DNA of 12,220 nucleotides. It comes from Candidatus Micrarchaeota archaeon (GTDB taxonomy: Archaea > B1Sed10-29 > B47-G15). The position numbers were made by a program, and so were the translations under genes. The stretch spans positions 1-12,220 of the forward strand of contig QMVG01000013.1 in the NCBI GenBank assembly GCA_003660975.1. Reading direction: 5' to 3'. The notes under the pieces are model-generated. The model worked only from the letters and a program-made list of their open reading frames with translations, was not told the origin of the DNA and did not search any database. The stretch's first letter is position 1; each line of letters opens with the position of its first letter. Shown piece after piece: positions 9,001-12,220 of the stretch.

Positions 9001-11992
9001 GTACATAAACTTTACAGCACCAAGCTTGCCTCTAGCAAGAGGTTACGATCTAAATGTAACAGCAAACTACACGATAAAAGGATTGGTGCTTTCTGATACC
9101 GAAGCAAAGGCGATAGTTTACCTTGATATGGAACCACCTTTAGTTGCGATTTCAGTCCCACCAAAGATAGACATAAACTCAACTGTTAGAATAGAAGTTA
9201 ACGCAACTGATGCCGGTGGTGTAAGTGGTGTAAACGCAACGATAAAATACCCAGATAATTCAACTGAAGATTTCGTGTTAAACTTCGTTATGAGAGATGG
9301 TGACACCTACGTATACGAACTTTACTTCAGTAATACGTCTAAGATGGGAGTCCATATAATAAATGCAACTGCATGCGATGTTTCTGGAAATTGTAACTCT
9401 TCAACAAAGAGTTTTGAAATATATCCAATGGTGTGGTTTGCGGGTATAGCTGTTGATGAGGAACAGATGTCAAAGCCACCAATACATGTAGAATTTAGGT
9501 TCTTAGATCCAGCAACAGAATCATTACTATTCTTTATACAAACAGATTCAACTGGATACTACAATGATACGATAGATGCTAGAACTTATAACCTCAACAT
9601 AAGTGTATTTAATGAAAGTCTGGTTCTATACGGAACAGACATACTAACAGACGTTTATAACCCAATAGTATTTGGTATAATACCGGTTACTAAAGTGGGA
9701 AGAGGAGCTTTAAGGGCTATAGCTATAGACAGTATACTCAACTCTTCCCATGTCATGTTGGCCATCGACTACTCTCCATTTAAAGACAATTCAGATGTGA
9801 CATCTTCTCACTTAGCTATTTATTACTGTAGTCAATGGGAAAGGTACAAGAGATGTGCTTCGACATGGACAAGATTAACGAGTACGGTTGACACAATTGG
9901 GTACAAAGTTTATGCAAATACTACCAGCTTAAGTGGTGCATTTGCATTAGCCCAGTACATTTGTGGAAACGGTATATGTGAATCTGATTACGGTGAATCT
10001 ACAGCAGTCTGTCCACAAGATTGTGCACCACCACCAACGATTACAGTACCACCTGGAGTTGGACCAGGAGGTCCAGGAGCGGCTAGAGTAAGAGTACCCA
10101 CAGTACCTACCGTCCCAGTGGAAGAGTTACGATTACCACCTTATGAAATAAAATCAACATTACTCTATGTCACGCTTCAACCAGGTGAATACGAAACTCA
10201 TTCAATGGATATAACAAATAACTTAGCAGAAGATGTTGATGTTAGCTTAACAGTAGAAGGTGTAGTATCAAGCTTTTTGACATTGGACAAAATGAGTTTC
10301 ACGATAAGTGGTAAGACCACAGAAGTTGTCAAAGTTAAAGTCTATGTTCCAGAATCTGCAGCTCCAGGAGTATACACGGGAGATATAGTAACAAAAATAG
10401 GAGAAGAAGAACATAGAACACCCGTTACCGTTAAAGTTGTCTTACCACCGGAACCGCTGTTGGACGTAATAGTAAAAGCTTTAACAAAGACAGTGAGACC
10501 AGGAGAGAACTTACAATTTGAAGTGAGAGTAGTAAACATGGGACCAACACCGAGCATAGAGGACATAAAAATGACGTACATGGTGAAAAATATAAAGACC
10601 GAAGAGATCATAGCAACTACAACAGAAACAATAGCCGTAACCAATGTGTTAAGTTACAAGAAGACTATACTTATACCTGAAACGGCACCACCTACTAGGT
10701 ACGTGATAGAAGTTAACGCAAGTTATTGGTATGGAAGAAAGTATGCATATGCTGCAGACTCCTTTGAAGTGAGTGCACTACCAGCGCCTTTGTTAATATT
10801 AAAGGCAGTATTCATGCATTGGCTAACTTACGTGATACTATTTATGTTAACACCAGCAGTTTACCTTGGCTTAAGATTCTACAATATGTACAGATTGAAA
10901 AAGATGATGGCTGCACGTTACATATTCCCAGTAGACTTTAAGAAGCTGCCACAGAAAAGTCCACGAAGTATACCTGTTGGAAAGATAGCTGAGACTGATA
11001 TAAAGGCTTACTTAGAGATAGATAAACTGACTATGCACAGTATAGCAGCAGGTGGTACAGGTTCTGGAAAGTCCGTATCGGCAATGGTTGTAGCTGAGGA
11101 ATTGCTAAAGAGAAACATACCAGTCATAGTATTTGACCCAACAGCTCAATGGACAGGCTTCATGAAGCCATGTCAAGATAAACACATGCTAGACCTCTAC
11201 GATAAGTTTGGACTTAAGAAAGAGGATGCAAGAGGTTTCAAGACAAACATAATAGTGGTTAAAGACGTTAACATGCCTATTGACATCAGAAAGTACATGG
11301 AACCAGGTGAAATAACGGTATTTGTCATGAACAGGCTAAAGCCAGCAGAACTTGACAAGTTTGTGAGAAGGACTATAGATTCGATATTTGCGATTCCATG
11401 GCCAGAATCGAAGGAACTCAAATTACTGATAGTCTACGATGAAGTTCACAGACTACTACCTAAGTACGGTGGTAAAGGTGGTTACGTTGCCTTGGAGCGT
11501 GGATGTAGAGAATTTAGAAAGTGGGGTATTGGTCTATTCATGATTTCACAAGTACTCATGGACTTTAGAGGAGCAATAAGAGCAAACATAGCTACAGAAA
11601 TTCAACTACGTACAAAGTACGAAGGTGACATAAACAGAGTAAAGACAAAGTATGGTCCCGACTACGCTTCGAAGATAACAAAGTTAACAATAGGAACAGG
11701 ATTAGTACAGAATCCTGAATACAACGATGGTAAACCATGGTTCGTTACGTTTAGACCATTACTTCACAATACATTCAGACTTACTGACGAAGAATTAGAC
11801 ATGTACGACAAACTTAACACGCGTGTTGCAGCGATAGAGAAGAGAATAGAAGAATTGAAAGCGAGAAAAGTCGACACGTATGATGTCGAACTTGAATTGA
11901 AGATAGCTAAGGAAAAGATGAAGCAAGGTGCATTCAAGATGGCCTCTACATATTTAGACTCGGTTGAAGCTAGGTTAAAGGGTTTAGGGTGA
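2..11992 (+). CDS. Giant (>3,996 aa, 5'-truncated) single-pass surface glycoprotein with tandem Ig/cadherin-like repeats fused to a C-terminal cytoplasmic HerA/FtsK-superfamily ATPase
   Basis: Frame 2 has no stop from base 2 (FNTEISTKYHAFWIETKPELNNPTAVSSGDGGWGEIWTF...) to TGA at 11990-11992. The sequence upstream of 188 contains a GGWGE repeat motif, so the real start lies left of the window. The protein has beta-strand-like T/V/N/Y/I-rich repeats, a hydrophobic helix at ~10805-10873, and Walker A and B motifs downstream of it. Confidence 0.95.
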   Translation, partial: FNTEISTKYHAFWIETKPELNNPTAVSSGDGGWGEIWTFSVNFTDEDLDVNTLRLWVNKSTGLSVVSTQQLSGVNSTVTISKQNLFSSTDYMNLPNHASTFKFNTTDELIPTKNDIADTGFISLPLNKDDVFVEHSVGNGSVVNRSSGDALYLETRFWDVDRNYSYPNNYIINIQGRFYYTKNGQTFVESTPVFSNGSGYVYISIPIDCSFTVGPQWWKAGNVGETAWKNTNSTNFTYIVVTEHLSANITYPDGQPFRRGIDDIVLKGYVWDDCGPVEGATVVFKIPSENYECVNVYEEGSGYYNCTIPASATASWATGWHDVTIEVIKEYYNGTNVTKVNSFYVATEPEVKLSPEYPTAEASGDGGWGEEWTFSAWVQDLDGDIINVSLWLNLTGEFEMVNSTTLVAVSPTKISFEGHTFDCEHIGTRNFRFYVYDVWNYDDEYQNTFTIDKDDIMVEYIAGAGTQVNRTGNDVELLRLRIKDTDRNVYVGENVSGAFFVTTEAGNLATYMLAGTNETDDQSMLSYYFNPNCSYRVGVQNWKGGTYGDECYKDTIPDYGFTIEITGQLVNNLEQPEYGDIIPVGDVVLIRLNVSSDCSYEEGEIPDTDVTIRLGSPNNEWEYCTPVYNETGAYAGWYNCSWNTSFHVGGWWDIRINSAKSYYYDNITTYEDWIYLNNTPPLYENLTVTPSTGGWGEVFTYSVDIEDSQYDNVTCKLLVTTDGGTTWELKNSTTIYWGRGTCSLSVSDFDCSDIGTDNYFMFELDDGTNLFNTTNVTGPNIERDDVEIEYVQGNESFVNRSFDQTTLLVLRIKDTDKQTYVGSGVNGSIWVTYDGTNYFTIPTSNTTNATSYLNIYFNPTCDYEVGKQYWTGGVHLDSCYKDTNITENLMLTVIGDLSTSVSAILKAGVPSYYFLKGENVTIMSNVTNDCLLGVGGASVNITLIHETGVEFVCTPVDDLGGGDYRCIQNTSTILAREYNISVFGNKTYYNDGYSVYQHAFFVETKPFLEQPNVTASGGAWDFENDWAVGGWGETWYFRVNITDEDLDNVTIRLYVREFGSSTWVFANSTEVYGPINQTVVIIYSNPGEFQSNQGVWEYYFVAEDTRGYTDETQPLNFTVEKDDVILELVEGDGASVWRNGTYPQNGSYVWLKLRIVDTDRNAPADNAQAMFWVTYNGTQYDEGITTSSDLNGIIQYPFDPDCRYSVEPYNQPHYWKGGVVNDPYWKNTNSSEYTVIINTFLGLNVTWPDGIAYLVGTPILIRGYAYDDCGYVENASIGFKARIGYSEYTCTPVLQEGQGYYNCTWDSTAKPYGWYTVKMTGSKSYHPYNETIKSNSFFLASNPQINNPSVDHTLGGWGELYTFIVYITDRDKNNNNVSLWKSFDNVTWTLVDSKIVKPYYTDTQVKFEERFTCEDFLNATNGLNYFKFTVVDEYGFSNETKVLNFTLEEDDASVQISSESSQNVRRIGNSMAYLKFVIYDTDHDVYPSNVNGTVWITENHEDYTVSLTCLSNGGNCSVLYDPSCSSLVGVQKWKAGTTDACYKQVNSSEVTLTVIGQLNVSLIEPTNGKILNRDRNETLIANVSTDCLSYYENATVSWYNSTNHLLAQGYETTWHVPATHDLGPETINVIATGQYYDQNSNSTNVFIYGWSEIEYISPPNGTVVMAGITQTVECRVIDPNMSIGIENYTINFYKNGILQESLLSDNEGKAQWSWVTSNENPGYYNISCNISDDTTLYYNASIRGRSTIIRVKRPLIIDQINLQYGSIYRNDTFAPHETNITVHVNDANIGDAENATVYFYNETHDFIDNCTTNATGYCWITYNAPEGLDPGTYLIFINATKEGLEDSETVNITIGILGKLYITIVSPQNGTYHALGTVLTLSADIIDEKGDSVSATVRWYTEKGLIATGADTTWYITGIETGPENITCNATRSYYDKGEDSVIIIITGLADVVWVAPQDGSILPYPESFDVVCRVEDHNTGTAVEDYVVEIWHNFGAGYVFDGSFLTNSTGHVNMTWTPTDKGDITFKCNITDNTTLEYTTNIKEATALLHIRDLEPPQIFNTSIMPNTSIEANLNYTTIKADVIDNYGIASVWAAIGLPNGTEFNLTMTYDGNNTYSVDFTPSIDGIHNVTVYAMDMQPESNINYTFVGYFYVWGKAYGAPINIPDQITAYGITQNNGFTFDLLVNFTNIGPGTAYGANLTVYNEPSGYIIYNVTSKSCGTVHVNTSCIWAVKVTVLPATPPMLISVYSNATWRNPDLTLNMSYGRTDVIVAENPVINIIEEVVEKETPHDKTTYVGNVTVESVGNAPVEDILISLVGGNLAIDCPECVITMFPTEQGILDPGENFTIDITATVPAGQAPGIYWTKIRASSSNAGYDESLLNLTVPRNSSWLRWPETFGTLLAALNTSGTVGEINISNVGNVKISFTLYKTQDAAPFVTVTPSAFDLEKQVSRVVNITFSIPEDTTPGEYYGEISIRGTETDTGDSATPYEMATNFTLNITDVPPFIMNVSVVPTKFEIIFEMVNISAVITDNFEVSTAWINVTIPNNVTITRFMVKNGSTYLTTYNSSLAGIHKLKICANDTANLINCTDIIELVGVGNTTVSIIPNATLVYVNNVTLDQGSNFGLNFTVIDSGYARVYNASVNITTSSSMTPIQDYFFVGDMLRNESWSNETTILVSAGTPPGTYFVNITASWTNLDNSTGFNYTTVNINVTSTPVIDIIQDSVALYIPDGSTGSTNITLNSTGNDAVRNIVMSCMSGVVCENFTVSFSPRTIASIDSGQTLNVTVSITVPDSFPNGNYTGVIKATGIDTSDTMEIQVIVPINLSWTQSPSSIEKEVIQGTQGKLGDILIHNSGNAKLVLDIIKAGNVSGYVDVGTDRVTVDVDETKTLSVTYIAPRVTEMTTLTGYIATYNYTDASGPQEKRTYITIGVHPYYVDIVEPTEEKPLINVTPGDMVFTKVNVTYGVNPLSSNVSFEVRLSDTEIENFTASYNSTDKLWYINFTAPSLPLARGYDLNVTANYTIKGLVLSDTEAKAIVYLDMEPPLVAISVPPKIDINSTVRIEVNATDAGGVSGVNATIKYPDNSTEDFVLNFVMRDGDTYVYELYFSNTSKMGVHIINATACDVSGNCNSSTKSFEIYPMVWFAGIAVDEEQMSKPPIHVEFRFLDPATESLLFFIQTDSTGYYNDTIDARTYNLNISVFNESLVLYGTDILTDVYNPIVFGIIPVTKVGRGALRAIAIDSILNSSHVMLAIDYSPFKDNSDVTSSHLAIYYCSQWERYKRCASTWTRLTSTVDTIGYKVYANTTSLSGAFALAQYICGNGICESDYGESTAVCPQDCAPPPTITVPPGVGPGGPGAARVRVPTVPTVPVEELRLPPYEIKSTLLYVTLQPGEYETHSMDITNNLAEDVDVSLTVEGVVSSFLTLDKMSFTISGKTTEVVKVKVYVPESAAPGVYTGDIVTKIGEEEHRTPVTVKVVLPPEPLLDVIVKALTKTVRPGENLQFEVRVVNMGPTPSIEDIKMTYMVKNIKTEEIIATTTETIAVTNVLSYKKTILIPETAPPTRYVIEVNASYWYGRKYAYAADSFEVSALPAPLLILKAVFMHWLTYVILFMLTPAVYLGLRFYNMYRLKKMMAARYIFPVDFKKLPQKSPRSIPVGKIAETDIKAYLEIDKLTMHSIAAGGTGSGKSVSAMVVAEELLKRNIPVIVFDPTAQWTGFMKPCQDKHMLDLYDKFGLKKEDARGFKTNIIVVKDVNMPIDIRKYMEPGEITVFVMNRLKPAELDKFVRRTIDSIFAIPWPESKELKLLIVYDEVHRLLPKYGGKGGYVALERGCREFRKWGIGLFMISQVLMDFRGAIRANIATEIQLRTKYEGDINRVKTKYGPDYASKITKLTIGTGLVQNPEYNDGKPWFVTFRPLLHNTFRLTDEELDMYDKLNTRVAAIEKRIEELKARKVDTYDVELELKIAKEKMKQGAFKMASTYLDSVEARLKGLG
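92..4666 (+). repeat. Protein-level tandem repeat family 1: five ~330-aa three-module (A-B-C) GGWGE units, the fifth lacking module C
   Basis: GGWGE occurs at 92, 1097, 2078, 3086 and 4064 (spacings 335, 327, 336, 326 aa). Module A is GGWGE..F....DxDxD..V.L. Module B is (K/R/E)DD...V.R...L.I.D(T/V)D...C...W(K/T)(G/A)G. Module C is DC...C..V...Y.C...K.Y. Confidence 0.92.
4667..6160 (+). repeat. Protein-level repeat family 2: duplicated pair of Ig-like modules (D-E, spacer module, D'-E')
   Basis: GQLNVSLIEPTNG...ATVSWY...LLAQGYETTW...GPETINVIATGQYYD at 4667 aligns with GKLYITIVSPQNG...ATVRWY...LIATGADTTW...GPENITCNATRSYYD at 5573 (302 aa apart). VECRVIDPN...SCNISDDTTLYY aligns with VVCRVEDHN...KCNITDNTTLEY. 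Confidence 0.85.
6161..8803 (+). repeat. Protein-level repeat family 3: two ~449-aa four-module blocks (CARDB/NEW3-like Ig folds); a third copy of the first module starts at 9125
   Basis: Blocks start DLEPP (6161) and DVPP (7508). Matched segments include IDNYGIASVW/TDNFEVSTAW, GIHNVTVYAMD/GIHKLKICAND, ATWRNPD/ASWTNLD, PVINII/PVIDII, NVTVESVGN/NITLNSTGN, TVPAGQAPGIY/TVPDSFPNGNY, VPRNSSW/VPINLSW and GEINISNVGNVK/GDILIHNSGNAK. The third copy is DMEPP...GVHIINATACD. Confidence 0.85.
9700..9955 (+). other. PGF-pre-PGF-like beta domain (within giant CDS)
   Basis: The pattern I.Y...LAIYY...WTRLTSTVDT...VYANTTSLSGAFAL resembles the W..L.T...Y.A.T..FS.FA end of archaeal PGF-pre-PGF-type domains. Recognised by motif only; boundaries are approximate. 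Confidence 0.5.
9962..10024 (+). other. Four-cysteine knot CGNGICESDYGESTAVCPQDC
   Basis: Read directly from the translation. It matches the CGNGxCE..E...CPxDC type of small disulfide motif seen in archaeal surface proteins and resembles myxobacterial Cys-rich repeats. Confidence 0.8.
10025..10141 (+). other. Pro/Gly/Thr/Val-rich low-complexity linker
   Basis: APPPTITVPPGVGPGGPGAARVRVPTVPTVPVEELRLPP is the only clearly disordered segment in the extracellular part. Confidence 0.85.
10805..10873 (+). other. Transmembrane helix, N-out/C-in topology
   Basis: AVFMHWLTYVILFMLTPAVYLGL is followed by the basic stretch RFYNMYRLKKMMAAR (positive-inside rule). It is the only long hydrophobic stretch in the visible protein. 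Confidence 0.88.
10970..11770 (+). other. HerA/FtsK/VirB4/VirD4-superfamily P-loop ATPase domain (DUF87-like)
   Basis: The Walker A is H-x4-GGTGSGKS (11051-11074). The next strand is VIVFDP (11123-11140) and the Walker B is LLIVYDEVH (11423-11449). REFRKWGIGLFMISQ (11507-11551) corresponds to the HerA REGRKFG..hhhSQ arginine-finger and sensor motif. Confidence 0.92.
11783..11989 (+). other. C-terminal amphipathic helical bundle / coiled coil
   Basis: LNTRVAAIEKRIEELKARKVDTYDVELELKIAKEKMKQGAFKMASTYLDSVEARL shows heptad periodicity in three helical segments. Confidence 0.7.
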
Positions 11993-11993
11993 T
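11988..11993 (+). promoter_or_regulatory. Shine-Dalgarno-like GGTGAT overlapping the giant gene's stop codon
   Basis: GGTGAT matches part of the AGGAGGTGATC anti-SD complement, a form common in archaea. It lies 5 nt upstream of ATG 11999. Confidence 0.7.
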
Positions 11994-11998
11994 GATGT

Positions 11999-12220
11999 AT
12001 GGATCTGGAGGAATTAAAAAAACAAAAGTTGGAGATTGAGACATTGTTGGAATCTTTAGAAAACGATTATAGAGAAGGTCTGATTTCAGAGGAAAGCTAT
12101 AAGGAAATAAAACAGAAAAATGAAGAGAGGTTAGCTGAAATAGAGAAAAAAATATCTGAGTTGGAAAGTGGTGTCAAAACAGAAAAAGAGGAAAAGACCG
12201 AAGTAAAAGAGGCTAAAAAA
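11999..12220 (+). CDS. 3'-truncated E/K-rich coiled-coil protein with N-terminal SHOCT/CdvA-like motif (not in the ORF track)
   Basis: ATG 11999 opens 74 codons to the window end: MDLEELKKQKLEIETLLESLENDYREGLISEESYKEIKQKNEERLAEIEKKISELESGVKTEKEEKTEVKEAKK. It has an SD at normal spacing and starts 6 nt after the upstream stop. Confidence 0.88.
   Translation, partial: MDLEELKKQKLEIETLLESLENDYREGLISEESYKEIKQKNEERLAEIEKKISELESGVKTEKEEKTEVKEAKK

Noticed and set aside
28-11421. Fourteen short minus-strand ORFs (60-100 aa)
   Set aside because: All lie antisense to the giant CDS and show no recognisable motifs. They are the shadows expected from biased codon usage.
10970-11770. Naming the gene herA, virB4 or cedB
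   Set aside because: Superfamily motifs are clear, but the architecture differs from all three and no partner genes are visible. Orthology needs a tree.
1-11992. Frequent GTTAAC and ACGT palindromes
   Set aside because: They are explained by abundant Val-Asn, Asn-Val and Tyr-Val codon pairs in the beta-rich, sequon-rich protein.
11990-12001. Stop readthrough or TGA reassignment fusing the two in-frame ORFs
   Set aside because: There are two consecutive TGA codons, no in-frame TGA in the preceding 3,996 codons, and the second ORF has its own SD and ATG.
11992-12039. Alternative ATG overlapping the stop (TGATG) in frame 1
   Set aside because: It closes after 15 codons (MMYGSGGIKKTKVGD*). The ATG at 11999 has proper SD spacing and an open frame.
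1-12220. CRISPR array, tRNA/rRNA, IS element, intein or DGR template/variable repeat
   Set aside because: I saw no regularly spaced DNA repeats, terminal inverted repeats, RNA gene signatures, intein splice motifs or adenine-only-mismatch repeat pairs. The repeats are diverged and protein-level.

Overview
The window is almost entirely the 3' part of one giant + strand gene, probably archaeal (DPANN-like, inferred). The frame is open from base 2, so the TTG 'start' at 188 is an internal Leu and the protein is over 3,996 aa, with its N-terminus outside the window. About 3,600 aa form a Cys-paired, N-x-S/T-rich array of roughly 30 or more Ig/cadherin-like beta-sandwich modules in three repeat families. 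The distal part holds five ~330-aa GGWGE units with a ~1,000-aa super-period. The array is followed by a PGF-pre-PGF-like domain, a CGNGICE...CPQDC knot, a Pro/Gly linker, two more Ig-like domains and one transmembrane helix. After the helix comes an apparently intact cytoplasmic HerA/FtsK/VirB4-superfamily ATPase with a helical tail. A second gene (E/K-rich coiled coil with a SHOCT/CdvA-like motif) starts 6 nt after the stop and runs off the window. The main candidate system is a giant surface adhesin or stalk fused through the membrane to a ring translocase motor, possibly for contact-dependent transfer. All family assignments come from reading motifs by eye; no searches were run.
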